DNA from: Ostrea edulis
Taxonomy: Eukaryota
Length of the DNA stretch: 64,000 bases
Assembly: GCF_947568905.1 (NCBI RefSeq)
Contig: NC_079171.1
Coordinates: 71,362,001 to 71,426,000, forward strand
Direction of reading: 5' to 3'
Shown here: piece by piece, positions 1 through 13,622 of the stretch
How the letters are laid out: every line of letters begins with the position of its first letter
How positions within the stretch are numbered: the first letter of the stretch is position 1
Translations under genes and position numbers: made by a program
Notes under the pieces: generated by a model
Told to the model about the DNA's origin: nothing
Databases searched by the model: none
What the model saw: only the letters and a program-made list of their open reading frames with translations

Positions 1-172
1 ATATATATGTAAACAAAAACAACCTGCAAAAACACAGGAATCAAGTAAATCCGCATTTACTATATAAATAAATACGCATTACATATAAAAATGCAACACA
101 TATATCTAGTAAATAAAATCAATCATAGTTTATATTAAACAAAATCAATAGTAAACATGATCAATTCTAATA

Positions 173-532
173 TTGATGGTGCAGGGGTTTCAACAGTATC
201 GATTGAAGTCAGCATTTCGCTATCTCTATGGTCGTTATAACGATCTAATTCGTCAGTACAACCTCGCATTGGGTCAAATGCTGTCTGATGTGTTTCATAC
301 CGATTGTTAAGCTATTCTTGGCACACTGATTTTGACTGCGGATAACTACGTTTACCTGATCAGGATATATAGCTCACGGCGGGTGTGGCCGGTCAACAGG
401 GGATGCTTACTCCTCCTAGGCACCTGATACCACCACTGGTGTGTCCAGGGGTCCGTGTTTGCCCAACTATCTATTTTATATTGCTTATAAGAGTTATGAG
501 ATTGATCACTGTTCGGTATCTTCATCTTGCAT
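173..532 (+). mobile_element. Penelope-like (Naiad-type) retroelement, 5'-truncated 3' fragment
   Basis: End of the RT thumb (..LGQMLSDVFHTDC*) followed by the family 3' UTR (ggatgcttactcctcctaggcacctgat...ttcatcttgcat). Confidence 0.85.
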
Positions 533-599
533 TCTAATATATGGCAAACAAAAGTGATCCTAACGTATAAAAAACACAATATGTTGTAGAGCTTAGCAT

Positions 600-2165
600 A
601 AAATAAATCCTAGTATAAAGTAAACAAAAGCTAACAAGAACACTATCTTTGTTTGTAAGGCTCATTATTAGAACTGTATTTTAAACGAACTTGGTATTAA
701 ATCAACTTTTGGCAATAGTACCTGTACTCCAACTTCCCTTTCAAAAAGATGAAACTCTTCAAAACCATGCTTAAGTTCCAGGCACATTTAATATCCCAGT
801 CATTGGGTCGAATGAATATGAGTTACCGTACCTATACTGGATTCCTAAACTACATAAAACCCTCACAAACAAAGATGCATTGTTGAATCTAGTAGGTGCT
901 CTACCAAGCCGAAGTATTTGCTCCTCATGAAAATATCAATATATGAGGAGAAACTTAAAACTTACTGTGTGACTATATATACCAAAAGTGGTGTTAATCA
1001 AATATAGATTTAAAACAATCTAAAGAACTTATAGTAAACTTGAAATCGCAAAACTTCTCCCAAATCAATAACATCAAACTATATAACTTTTCAACACTAT
1101 ACACGATCATTCCTCAAGCTAACTTAAATATTAGACTTTTTGACATCATAGACAGTTGATTCTTCAACAAAAATGGAAAACGAAAATATTAATATATAGT
1201 GATTAGTCATTCAAAAACTTACCTTGTTAAACGCCACTCCGAATCCACGCACAAGTACTCTGAAGGTGAAAAAAGTATGCTAGAGTTCTTGACAACATAT
1301 TCGTGGTATTTGGTGAGCAGGCCTTCAAACAGTCTGTTGGAATCCCCATGGACACGAGTTGTGTTCCTTTGTTATCTGACCTGTTTCTATATTCATATGA
1401 AGCAGAATTCATTAAAAAAAAACCTTCTACGTGAGAAGAACAATTTCTCGTTGTGGTCTTCAATTCAATATTTCGATACATCGATGACGGTTTGCATATT
1501 AACAATAACTTTCATTCATATGCCGCTTTGATATATCCCTGTGAGCTCAAAATAAAGGACACCAAAGAGTCACCCAACCCTGCTTCATACTTAGATATTG
1601 AAAGTATACATTAACGGAAAAGTGACAACTAAACTGTATCATAAACGGGTGATTTCAGCCTATCCATCGTTAACTTCCCTTATTTATGTAGCAATATTTC
1701 ATTATCACCTGTATATAGTGTTTAAATATCTCAATTGATTCGATTTGCAAACGGTTGTTCTGCGTATAGTCAATTTTTAAATCGAGGTAAGCTACTGACA
1801 AACAAGTGGATGGTACAGGGATTTCAACAGTATCCACTGAAGTCAGCATTTCTCAAATTATATGATTGCTATAACGATGTAGTTCATCTATACAACCTTG
1901 CATTGGGTCAAATGATGTCTGACGTGTTTCATACCCATTGTTAAGCTGTTCCTGGCACACTGACTTTAATGCGGATAAATCCATGTACCTGATCAGGATA
2001 ACGGGTTCACGGCGGGTGTGACCGGTAGACAGAGGATGTTTACTCCTTCGAGGCACCTGACCCCACGTCCGGTATTCCCAGGGGTCCAATTTTACCCAGC
2101 TATTCATTTTCCATTGTTTGTAGGAGTTATGAAATTGATCACTGTTCGTTAGTTTCATCTTTCAT
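600..2165 (+). mobile_element. Penelope-like (Naiad-type) RT, degenerate with frameshifts and stops; longest copy in the window
   Basis: Recognisable motifs in shifting frames: PYLYWIPKLHK, an FSTLYT-like segment, GIPM.T.C.P...DLFLY, a YIDD-like motif and the thumb, then the 3' UTR. There is no GIY-YIG domain after RT. Confidence 0.85.
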
Positions 2166-2699
2166 CAATCCTAAGGAATCGCAAAAACCGTGACTGGTCT
2201 ATAGGAAACAGATAGAAATATCATGTATGATTAACGTAATATTGAATGCAACTTGTCAAGATCGACAGAGTTAATGTTATTTGGTGTTTAAAAACAACAA
2301 TGCTTATTAATAAATAATGCAGCAATTGGGGTGGATGTGGTCTATTGAAATGGGCATCACCTTCGAAGTTGTTTTTATACTTGCTAGGTGTTGGGAGATG
2401 GAATTCTCCAATTTCATTCTGAAAATGTAATACATTTTTCGCATGTACACCTACCAGAATTTCATTCTGTCGAAAGTGTTAAAAAAAATTCCGATATTTA
2501 AAGTAAAGATCGTTAATCATGGTTGATGCCATCAGGTGTGTAGCTGAAACTGCTGAATTCATTGAACACACGATCAAGTACCTAGAATGTACAAGCACCC
2601 CCTGTCTTACTAGGGGCTCTATGTTACCTTCACTTTTTCAAGAACCACATCAAACAAAAACCGTCGATATATAATATAATATCAGAATAATAGTCATAA

Positions 2700-2970
2700 C
2701 AATTTACATTATATCGATTTTAATTCAGATTGTTGAAACTTTTGTAATATAAAGTTATCAAAATATATTGATTGTCCAGTAACCTGTCACAAAATTCAGG
2801 TGTTAGTCTGCTGATAACATTTTTATCCAATTATGATATATGAAGCAGATACATAAGTATAGGTGGCATCGACTGTGATATATCGACGCTGAATATGAAT
2901 GGAAATGAGAATTATTGATACATTAACTGTCGTTGATATATCCAATGAAAAGTTAAAGGTCACATCATTT
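2700..2970 (-). mobile_element. Ancient Penelope-like RT remnant (paralog at about 11800-12050)
   Basis: The reverse complement gtgacctttaacttttcattggatatatcaacgacag aligns to the FRYIDD region of the 16053-16847 copy. Confidence 0.55.
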
Positions 2971-3160
2971 TTGCATCACGTTCGCAAATGTATTTAAACT
3001 AAATCTCATAAACTTGAAGTGAAAATAGAACAAAATATTACGTTTAAATCTGGCAGCAGTATCAGATCATATTTAGCATGTAGCCTATATAGGCCTCTGA
3101 TTAAGTACGACTTACTACATACATAAAAGTATGTAAAACTTATACGGTGCCAATTTTGAT

Positions 3161-3204
3161 GCACCAGATGCGCATTTCGACAAATAATGTTTCTTCAGTG
3201 ATGC
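3161..3204 (-). ncRNA. Minimal type I hammerhead ribozyme; stem II closing pair mutated (G10.1 to A)
   Basis: Minus strand: GCAUCA-CUGAAGA-AACA uuauu UGUC-GAA-AUGCGCAU-C-UGGUGC. Confidence 0.75.
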
Positions 3205-3510
3205 TCAACCGAAATGTTTGAAATCCGAAATAAATATGAAGTTTTAGAGCTAAATATAACCAAAAACAGCGTGCCAAAAAGTGGAGCCAAATTCGTCCAA
3301 GGATAAGAGCTATGCATGAGGGAGATAATCCTTATTTTTTAAATGAATTTCTAAACTTTATAACAGCAATTAAATATACATCCGTATTTTCAAGCTAGTA
3401 ACGAAGTACTTAGCTACTGGGCTGTAGAGACCCTCGGGAACTAACAGTCCACCAGCAGAGTTCTTGACCCAGGGGTCATAATGTAAAACTTATACGGTAC
3501 CAAGTTTGCT

Positions 3511-3554
3511 GCACCAGATGCGCATTTCGACAAATAATGGCTCTTCAGTGATGC
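3511..3554 (-). ncRNA. Minimal type I hammerhead ribozyme; one internal stem II mismatch
   Basis: Minus strand: GCAUCA-CUGAAGA-GCCA uuauu UGUC-GAA-AUGCGCAU-C-UGGUGC. Confidence 0.75.
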
Positions 3555-3879
3555 TCAACCGAAATGTTTGAAATCCGAAATAACTATGAAGTTTTAGAGC
3601 TAAATATAGCCAAAAAAAGCGTGCCAAAAAATGGAGCCAAATTCGTCCAAGGATAAGAGCTATGCAGGAGGGAGATAATCCTTAATTTTGAAATGTATTT
3701 CTAAATTTTATAATAGCAATTAAATATACATCCGTATTTTCAAGCTAGTAACGAAGTACTTAGTATATGATGTATTATTTTGTTTTGTTGTATTTTTAAG
3801 GGAATGTTTATATTGATATTACATTCTATAATTCTGACAAGGATTCGGCTTCGATATTATTCTAAATACTGTTGATCAA

Positions 3880-4430
3880 TGGTCGCCAGGGATACTTACC
3901 CTCCTAGGCATATTTTTTTCACCTGTGGTATGTCCAAGAGTCCGTGTTCTCCAAACTATCAATTTTGTATTGCTTATATGAGTTTTGAGATTGATCACTG
4001 CTCGTTATCATCTTCTTTCATATCCAACAAATGATGAAGTAATCACTGTTGTACTTTTTAACAAAAGCATTGAAAGTGATACAACCGGCTGTTTTACTGA
4101 AGTTAAGAGGCAAAGAAATATGTACATTTCAAAAGAGACGTGATCTAATATTAAAATGTGGCTGAATGCTTAGGTATACTAGCTAATTATTAAATAGCTA
4201 TGCATACATGTAAGGTAAACATTTCAGGATCCTCCATAACGTTAAAGTTCACAATGGCAGATCAACGTCATCTACAAGTTATATAGTTTTAATACAGGGA
4301 ATACTTACTCCTCCTCGGCACCTGCTTCCCCCTCTGGTTTTTCCAGGAGTCCGTCTTTGCCCAACTATCTATTTTGTATTGTTTATAGGAGTTATGCGAT
4401 TGATCATTCGTCGTTATCTACTCCTTTCAT
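3880..4430 (+). mobile_element. Two short Naiad-type 3' UTR fragments (about 3880-4021 and 4296-4430)
   Basis: Both match the family tail cttactcctcc..ggca...gattgatca..tcgttatc..ctttcat. Confidence 0.7.
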
Positions 4431-4538
4431 TCGAAAGACTTTTTGACTCTCAATTGTTATACCACAAGCTGGTGACCAAAACATAGTTACCAACTTTTAG
4501 TGTCAAACGATTGGGGATCGAACACGTTTTTTTTATGA

Positions 4539-4785
4539 ATGCAAGGTGAAGATAACGAACAATGATCAATCTCATAACTCCTACAAGCAATACAAAATAG
4601 ATAGTTGGGCAAACACGGACCCCTGGACACACCAGAGGTGGGATCAGGTGCCTAGGAGGAGTAAGCATCCCCTGTTGACCGGTCACACCCGCCGTGAGCC
4701 CCATATCCTGATCAGGTAAACGGAGTTATCCGCAGTCAAAATCAGTGTGCCAAGAACGGCTTAACAATCGGTATGAAACACGTCA
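4539..4785 (-). mobile_element. Young Naiad-type 3' fragment
   Basis: Near-consensus reverse-complement tail from atgcaaggtgaagataacgaac to ggtatgaaacacgtca. It is absent from the paralogous site near 13660. Confidence 0.85.
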
Positions 4786-7592
4786 TTGGATCCAAATTAT
4801 TCCAGGGCATTGTATTGTAGATATAACATGTTAATAACGATATACACATAGTAGGTTTATCAAAAGAAACCATGTGCCATATTTCAGATTTCATATATAT
4901 TTTGAAAGTCAATAACAATCATGGTTCAAAATATGTCCACAATTTTTACAAAGTATAACTATATCTAGGGCTTTACATTTTTTTTTTATGATAGAGGAAC
5001 TCAAGATGGAATGAACTTGAAGTTGTGGTCCATATAATTCAGTATAGGTAGGGGTGGATGTTTATAAAGAAATTGGCGTTCGTTGAAAATATGCAACAAT
5101 ACCAATTTATCGATTTATTTACACACCTTACATCTCCAAGGGCGAAAACCTAGAAGTACAAATGCTAAACGATATATCACAAAGAAGTGCAGGAATACTC
5201 ATTCACATCAAAATAATATCCAAAATGTTTCAGGCATTGAGTTTGTAACATGCGAAATAATTGCATTATTGGTCAACCATCAATTATATTAAAGTTGGGC
5301 AGTTTAATAGTAGACAACACAAACAATTGTATACGACTTGCCATTGGGGTAGATCTTGTCTGGCGTATCAATATGAATTGTTAGACAATTCTTTGCACGC
5401 TGATTTGGACGTCGGAGCAACCCGCTTATTTTATTCAAAGAAAAAGATTGGATCAGGTGTGACCAGTCCTCATGGTATGTTTACTCCTCCCAGTCGCCTG
5501 GTGTGTCGAAGAATCCGTGTTTGCAAACTCTAGTGTTTATTCCTTGTAGTAGTTATGATATACATCAAGATCATTATGTTCACCTTTTCATTGCACAATT
5601 CAAACACGCGTAGCACAGCCTGCAATCTACTTTAGCAATACATTATAGGTTAAGATTAAGCGTACTTACTATTCGAGGAAGAGGGAAAACAAATTCAAGA
5701 GAGCGCAATACAAGTAGCTCTCGTGAAAACACCACAAGTACACTAAAGTACGAATAAATTCAATATAATTGCCATAGCACTACAATCCGTATTTAATTCC
5801 ACGGGTAAGAAATCAATGTTACAATATGTCGGGTATGTTTCAGTTGAACGCCCTGAAACTATCAAACATATCATATCACAATCATTCAGACACTGTGCCC
5901 GTATTTCAAGGTCATGGCAATATCATATTTCTGTCCAGATTTAATTGATTTATCCGCAAACATTACAACAAGAAGGTGACTATCAGTACATCTATTGCAT
6001 AAAGAGTTCCATTATGTTGTGAGAGATAAATGTTCGGTATTGATACTCGTCATTATTGATCCGCAATTACACCAAATGAATAACCTAAATAGATACAGGT
6101 AGGGAAGCAGCTCACTTTAACACCACACTCTGTAATTTTTCCACAAGTCACAGTTAAATTTGCGAATCTCTAAACGACTATTTAAATCATGGCACAGAGT
6201 GTATGGATACTTTAGAATTCACGATCCATAATTACAGTACACGACACCAGTTTTATACACTCCACCGTGGAAAGATCATGGCAGAAAAATACACGGATAT
6301 CTACTGTGTTGGACGACGTGTGCTATTTGCCAGTACACACAGCTTCCGCGGGCGTCGACGTTTCTATCGCCGCTTTGCAGAATATGTGAAATATGCCACC
6401 GACTAAACAATCATGACCAAGTGAAATTAAAAAAAATAATATCGATCTAATCAAATAAACTTAATTCAATATAGCAATCAAAGTAATATCGATGATTAAT
6501 AAGTTGGAATTAATCTATTACATATATCAATACAAACAAAAATGTATCCATCAAATTATTTAAATTAATATATCATGAATTAATCACATTTGACAGAAAC
6601 TTATATTCAAGCTGGATAATTAAATGATCTTAGTATAACAAGTAGAGTCCATGAAATATTCAGGGAATTTTTGCCACAATAGAATAAATCACGGTTAGAT
6701 AGTCCTCATATTTGAACTTAAAAGAAGTGTTTAACTTCTTGCAAAGCGTGAGCAAGGTATCCAATCGACCTGCACGATGTAAGATCTGGTCTAAAATCAT
6801 GTGTATTTTACGCAGACCTAATAATATTAATGATAATGCCATATTGATATAGCACCTTTGTCATACACTATGTACGCTTAATGACGCTTTACAATGTATA
6901 TATATACCTTACAACATAATGTTATACACATAATACATAGACAATAAATAACAAAATAAAATGCAATGATATAAAAGGCTTTATCACATATAAACAGTCA
7001 GTGGCTGTACCTATCCTGACTGTACATATAAAACATGAAAACGCAATATACCATAAATATGTTAGATAATAATAAACATCAGTTTCAGTTTCTAATGTAT
7101 ATCACACTTTTCGCAAGAAGTCAAACAATTCTGTTAATTTCTAATATTCGGATTAGATGACTCCCAACTGTTCTATTGTAACAAAACATCCTTCCATTTC
7201 CATGGAATACACAAGTTATACACAGGCCAATGTTTTAGACAGAGATCATAGGGAACAATGTTGTGTTTACAAAAATCTTTTGAATGACGAAACAAGTTTA
7301 GCTGTGTTTAGATTAAAAGATGTATGTAACATTCTTACGTACAAAAACACAAACGGCAGACAGATATTAATGTTACAATATGTTAGGGTATGTTTCGGTT
7401 GAACGCCCTGAAACCATTTAATACATCATAGTACATTCATTGATATAATGTGCGCGTATTTTAAGGTTGTGACGATATCGTATTTCTCTCAGGTTTAATT
7501 TATTGATCAACAAACATATCCAAAAATAGGTGACTATCTTGCTTTTAGTTGCCATTTAATGGTCAACATTTTCTTTGAACTGCTATATTTCA

Positions 7593-7880
7593 TAAAAGGT
7601 GAAGATAACAGGCATTTATCAATCTCATTACTTCTATAAAAAATACAGAATAGAAAGTCGGGCAGACACGGACCTCTGGATATACCAGGGATGGGATCAG
7701 GTGCCAAAGAGGAATAAGCATCATTTGGCTGGTGTGATCGGTCGATATGGGTGCTTACTCCTGTTAGATGCTTGCTTCCATCGTTGCTATGTCCAGGAGT
7801 TCGTGCTTGAACAACTGTTTATGCTGTTGTCCTCGTGAGATTTATGCGATTGATCATTACCCGTTTTAATAACTTTTCAC
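7593..7880. mobile_element. Inverted pair of Naiad-type 3' fragments (minus then plus); paralog at about 20452-20710
   Basis: aaaggtgaagataac...gaggaataagcatc is followed directly by ggtgtgatcggtcga...cttttcac. Confidence 0.65.
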
Positions 7881-8770
7881 CGGAGTTTAAAAATATTATG
7901 TATGAATCAATTTCATCGAAAACAAAACATCATATTTAAATTGACCTTATAGTTTTGCTTAAAAGGTTAAGGACAAGGATTCATATAAGATGGTCACAAT
8001 GATAAGTTGAACTTTCCGAGGGAATGCTATTATTTTTCTATCAAGGTAGTCTGGTGTCATATCAGGTGCTCATATGCATTTATTTACATTAAGTAGTTAT
8101 AGAACTATTCCCAGGAATGGTCGAATGCATCGCCATGACATTGACATGGTTTTCTCTTCCAAAATAATGTTTTTTTTACAATTGATTTTGTAAGCTTTTT
8201 CAGTAGTAATTATATTCATAGATTCAATCTTGTTCAGACGGCATTATTGGGAAAAAATGATAACACTAGAAAATTTGGTGCACTTTAGCTTCCTCAACGT
8301 TTGTGAATAAATTGCAAATCTGCATTCAAAATACGAGAAGGGTGTCTGCTACTGCAACACGTTTAAATTTGAGTCTGGTTACATGGCTCTCATTCCAATT
8401 TAGCTCTAAATTGAAAGGAAAACTCGATAATTAAGCGAGAACTTACTACAAACAACATTTGATAAGAGGTTCATATAACCCTTTTTGTAAATGAAAACTA
8501 TCCCGCATATACGACCTGGTTACATGTTTTTGACATACAAGAGACCTACTATAAAATTCCAAAACCACACAGTGTGAATGATCACTGTTCGTTTTATTCG
8601 CCTTTCATGAGGCGGATCTGTTTATCGTCTTTGCTAACAATCACATTCAAACAATCGCACATGTGTATAGATATCATACCAGTGAAAAATGAGAAGAAAA
8701 TAACTCCAACTGTCATGTTTAATCACACCGCACATTTTACATTGATTTAGAGACCCGGTATGGTATTGTG

Positions 8771-11182
8771 TCTTTCTTGTAGTTAGGAGCTATACTATTA
8801 CTCATGGTAAAAACTTCACTACAATGAGATATGGTGACATTGTCAACAATAGTCAATCTATAACACCCTATTTCCCCTTCAAAGGACAGTTTAATCTGCT
8901 TTCCTTGTATGACAATAGCAGAATTGGATAAATCAAGCAAACACTTGTTTAATTTCAACATATCAATACCAATCACTGTGAATAACTGACTGAAATTCAA
9001 GTTCGATAGCGAGAAAGAAATTGAGATAGAACCCCAACCTCCATGTCATCTGCTGTGGGGACCTCCCGGTTAACCTTACTAAGGATTGGCTTTGGATTAT
9101 TTATCACATAATGTAATATGTCAGATGAGGTGATGATGACTGTGGCTGCTGTATCTATGACCGATTTTACTTTGTTGCCGTTGATCGCCGCACCAACAAA
9201 TATACCTACTTCACCACCTCTCCAACTGACCCCAGTTCGGCTTGTGTGATTCCCATTGATTTTCTCCTGTTTTTGTTTTTGACAAGACTCTGGTTCTGCT
9301 CTTCTTTGTTTCTGATTTCCTTTTACATGCAGAGCAGTTCCTCTACATATGACGCTTCTTTTTGTAATAATTGTTATCAGTAGAATGTTGTTTTGAACTC
9401 TTTGATTTCCCTGTTTCTCGCTTAAAGGACTCCATGTCATTTTACCAGTCATGAATTGCCTTCAACTGTTTAGTAATGACATCGTCTTGAACGATAGCTT
9501 CCCTCAAATAGTGTTGGTCTTCAGATTGACGCATTTCAGCCAAATTAAATACATCAAGCTCTACTGCATTACAGATCACATCATTAAGGTATGTCGGCCT
9601 TGCTTGTTTTATTCGTAATGTCATAGCACTATTTTAAGAGTTAATAAATTGTTCCTTAGCAAAAATTTCTCTGACCTCTCTTGGAGCTGTTGGGTAGGCC
9701 AGATTGGTCAACCTGCGTACATATTCTCCAAGTTCTGGTAACGTCTATGAAGTTCGATGCCTTCTCTCTCGCTGTGGTGCTCTGTACAACTCTGTTTGGT
9801 TGGAAGAATGTAACAATATTTTTTCTAACACGCTGCAGAGGAGTCGATAATTGCATCTATCTCCCTCTGGTAGACTTCCCAAGACACCTTGTACTCAGCC
9901 TCTCAGTGCTACTGCTAGATACATGCCTTTATCCGAGGTTACCCAACCATTTAATTCCGCACATACATCAAAATGATACTTTGATTCTAACCATGGGGTA
10001 CTGCCATCAAACTTGTCTGCTTTGACATTATTACTCTTTTTCTGGTCAAAACGTGTCATATCATTTGGACGGCGTCTTGTTATATCTTCCTCTGAATACA
10101 AAGGAACATATTGCCTAGCAACATGTACATACGTACCTGTTGAAGAGAACTTATTTGAATACATCGCATCATGATCTAAGTTACCTAACACAGACATATG
10201 TCATGTGTTTGAAGGTACCCTAACTAACTTAGGTGTGGCATCCCATTCTTCATTTAAAGTATTCGCCTACATTCAGAAATACCTGAATATGTGGTTTTCC
10301 TTATGCCCTGATCGACCCTAGCCTGTAGCTTACTTCATTCCCTCTCTACTCTAGTTGGATCAGAATCTAAATCCTCTACAATAGCCCTTTGTCCTATTTT
10401 ATAAAACAGTATACTTCTAACTTAACTGCCCTCGCATCCCGTCGCTGCCACCATTTTTGTAACGTATTTCCTGAAAGACTAGAAGGCTATCAAAGTCCGT
10501 GCCTTATCAATCCAAGCGCACGAGGTGTAATTAGAATAAGAACTTTCATTGCTAAAATGAAATTAGGAATGTTATTGGAAACCGGACCTGCAGATATACA
10601 CAAATATGACATAAACCAACCCAGGTTAATAATTGCTATCAAATCAAGGGAATTCAATCAACATACTCAGATCAGGGTTAACGATATGAGTTGTAATATC
10701 AAAATAATTTAACAATGGGCATGGGCACCCCCAGTCAACGACTGGCTAACCCGGGACTAACGTTTGTACTGCAGCCTTATTCAGGACACAAAGTACAGGT
10801 GACATACCTTCAACCGTTGCACACACTGTAGAGCCTTATCCAGGCAAACACTGTGAGGAACAACCCGGCCGTCAGTCAATTTCAGTATATAGAAAAGACG
10901 AACTGTGTGGCTAGCTTTTATTTGGTCGCCCTCGACAGTATCAGGCCTTTTATTACTAAGGCAACACCCAATGCCTGCACTCTAACACCGTTACAACTAA
11001 TGGACTCAAACACTGGCTTACTCAGTAAATTACTTTATTGCTTGCAACTCACTGTTACTCTTATCCACCACGTCTTATCACTCCGGGCTTGGGCAATAAT
11101 CGACAGACGACAACTGCTTGGTGTTGTGTTTATAGCGATAGGTCATGTGACTAAAATACGGATGTTTACATTGCAAACTACA
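8771..11182 (-). mobile_element. Truncated Ty3/Gypsy LTR retrotransposon: 5' LTR, PBS, frameshifted gag and protease; RT/RNase H/integrase missing
   Basis: Minus-strand ORF pieces FDGSTPW..HFDVCAELNGW..LAVALRG, LAYPTAP, IKQARP..L..A..LE-like, a decayed Zn knuckle and the protease motif VIDTAA. Probable LTR at about 11182-10990, followed by ggtgttagagtg (degenerate TGGTGTCAGAAG-type PBS). Confidence 0.85.
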
Positions 11183-12845
11183 ATGTCGAAACTTGAAGGT
11201 CGATGAATAAATTGCCGGAATATGATATTTGCTCATATACTTGCTTTTCAGCGTCTTAATAATTAAAACAGTTCTTCATTTGATAGAACTTTGTTTTATT
11301 TTTTCGTCATTTTGAACGAAGTGGTATGTGGGTCAACAGTATGAAATATATGCAAACGTGTTGTTAACACATTCCAGTGATGGTTATCGATCAAAAGGGT
11401 AAAGATAAGTAATAAATATCATTTTAAAATATATATTGGGGTTTAAATACGGGTTCTTCTGGTCATCAATTTCCACAAAGCCCAAATTAATGATGCAATG
11501 AGAAATTATTATATATGCACCTTCCATAATCTATTTTTCTCGAAGATGTCCATTAATTTGCAATATTTATAGGAAATATCGCTTATCATAGTTTGTGTTA
11601 TCACGTTTGTAGTGGGACTTGTTGAAATAATTAAACAGAGTATCAGGTATTACAAAGGTATAAGCACCCTCTATCTTGATAGTAACTCTTCATTATCTTC
11701 ACTTTTTGAAGAAACGGAAAAAAGTTCTTCAAATGAATAATTATATCTGCTTATAATATAACAATGATCGTTATGTATTTTAAAATACATTGATTTAAAC
11801 TGAGATTGTTGAAAAATCTGTAACATCAAGTCATTCAATTGAATTGGTTGGTCATTAACCTCTTACAAAATTGAGATGACATTTTGCCGATAGCATCTTT
11901 ATCCAATACGACTCCCAACGAGTAAGGAGGTAAGGAGGATTGTATGGTGTTGAATATGATATATCAGATACACATACGGATGGAAATAAGAAAGATTGAT
12001 AGAAAAGCCGTCGTTGATATATCTAGATACCCAGTAAAAGGTGAAGGCAGATTTGTTTTTTAATCAGGTGATAAAATTTATTCAAACAACAATTACATTA
12101 GAGTGAATTCTTAATAGAAAAAATATTGCATCCAACTTTGGCAAATGTATCAAATCATATAGATGCACCATATAAACCTCACGGTGGGTATGACTGGTCA
12201 GCAGGGGGTGCTCACTCCCTCCAGGTACCTGGACCTACCTCTGGTATTTTCAAGATTCCGTGTTTGTTCAACTCTCTATTTTGTATTCGTTATAGGAGTT
12301 GTGAAATTGATCACTGTTCGTTATATCTATCTTTCGTTCAGTATACAACTTATCTAATTCGCTTATTAAGCATGCATTCTTAAATACAGAAGAGAGTATG
12401 GTGTGTTATTTGGTTTTGATGTATTTTACAGAATGTTAACGTTTATCTTAGATCTTATGTTTTTATCATTCGCCTAGACAATATTTTGATATCGATAATG
12501 CTGTATCTAACAAATGAAAAGGAAGCCATTCGTTGTAGTGCCTTTTATCAAATTCAACGAGAGTGGGACAACCAGTTCTGTTAGTGGAGTTAACAAGACA
12601 ATGGATATGTATATTTCAAAACAGACACGGATTAAATTTCAAAATGTGGCTGATTATTTTTCTCCTTTTAGCTAATCATGAAACAACCATTCAGACATGC
12701 AGGACCGATCAATTGAGTGTTTCTGGTAACGTTACAGACTACACTTTACACAAATCCGCAGTTTTTTTCATTATTTTCGAAAGACTCTGGACTCTGAACT
12801 CTCAATTCTTCATAAACTGGTGAACAAAACAGTGTTATCTACCTT

Positions 12846-13622
12846 TAGGAATGGGTCAGTTGAAAAATGTAATTGTAATTGCGGTGTTCAAATACATTTT
12901 TATCAAGTAATTTGACGGAATTAATTTATTCTCCTGTCAATTACAAGTAATTGCTTGTATCTAAATACGAATTCAATTACATTTCAATTACTTTTGAATT
13001 ACATTCTCTAGTGTTTATGCAGTGATTAGATGCATCAGTTTGTTGATATACTTGATGCAGCATGATCATAGTGCCCAGGGCTATAGGTGAAGGGTTAATT
13101 GCCTTAAGGTGTGAACCCTCTCCTACTTGAGAACAAAGACACTCTTGTTCTTAATGTTATTTAATAATCATGTATATTATGAAAAACGTTGTGTTCATGG
13201 TATTACCAGGGGTCCCTTTGCAATATATATTACAATAAAATACGTTCAAACCAAACTAATTCAAAGGCACACGTAGACAAATACTGACATTACATTCAGA
13301 ATAAAACATGACTTAAAACGTATTAATGAATTTCATGTCCCACGAAATGCATTTGGAAATTTCAAAGTTATTTTCTGCAAAATTCCCCACAAAGCTTGAA
13401 AATAAATCAAAGCAGCCTTCGTGGTCAAATATGCCAAGACATTTTGAAATAAACTTCGTTAATAAAAATGTATTTAATGAAATTCTTCAAAGTAATTGAG
13501 GGTAATCAATTACATTTTTTTTTTATAAATCAATGTAATCTTAAATGCAAGTAATTGCCAAAACCATCAGTGTAATTGAAAGCATTTAATTACTTTTTTT
13601 AATGAAATTGACCCCATTCCTG
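12846..13622. mobile_element. hAT-type non-autonomous element (MITE), 777 bp
   Basis: Terminal inverted repeats taggaatggg-tcagtt / aattgaccccattcctg, 8-bp TSD tctacctt / cctacctt, and subterminal gtaatt/aattac repeats. The paralogous site near 4480-4510 is empty. Confidence 0.85.

Larger units (their letters stand above)
3131..3763 (-). mobile_element. Retrozyme-like tandem repeat: 1.8 copies of a 350-bp monomer, each with a type I hammerhead motif
   Basis: atgtaaaacttatacggt starts at both 3131 and 3481 (period 350). The hammerhead core is on the minus strand in each copy. Confidence 0.85.

Noticed and set aside
8115-8189. 75-nt phase 2-2 open interval bounded by ag/gt
   Set aside because: The translation lacks the LxxN core, and the paralogs at 26891 and 44221 contain stops or length changes.
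11252-11323. 72-nt interval with good acceptor and donor
   Set aside because: Stops occur in all three frames and there is no LRR consensus.
11660-11700. ISTLYLDSN LRR-like peptide
   Set aside because: It derives from a decayed Penelope 3' UTR (gatcaggtgcctaggaggagtaagcatcc-like); paralog near 2575.
12563-12823. ORF with a signal-peptide-like MWLIIFLLLA, a candidate first exon of the LRR gene
   Set aside because: The paralogous sequence at about 4060-4200 does not preserve it, and I see no convincing in-phase link to the LRR exons.
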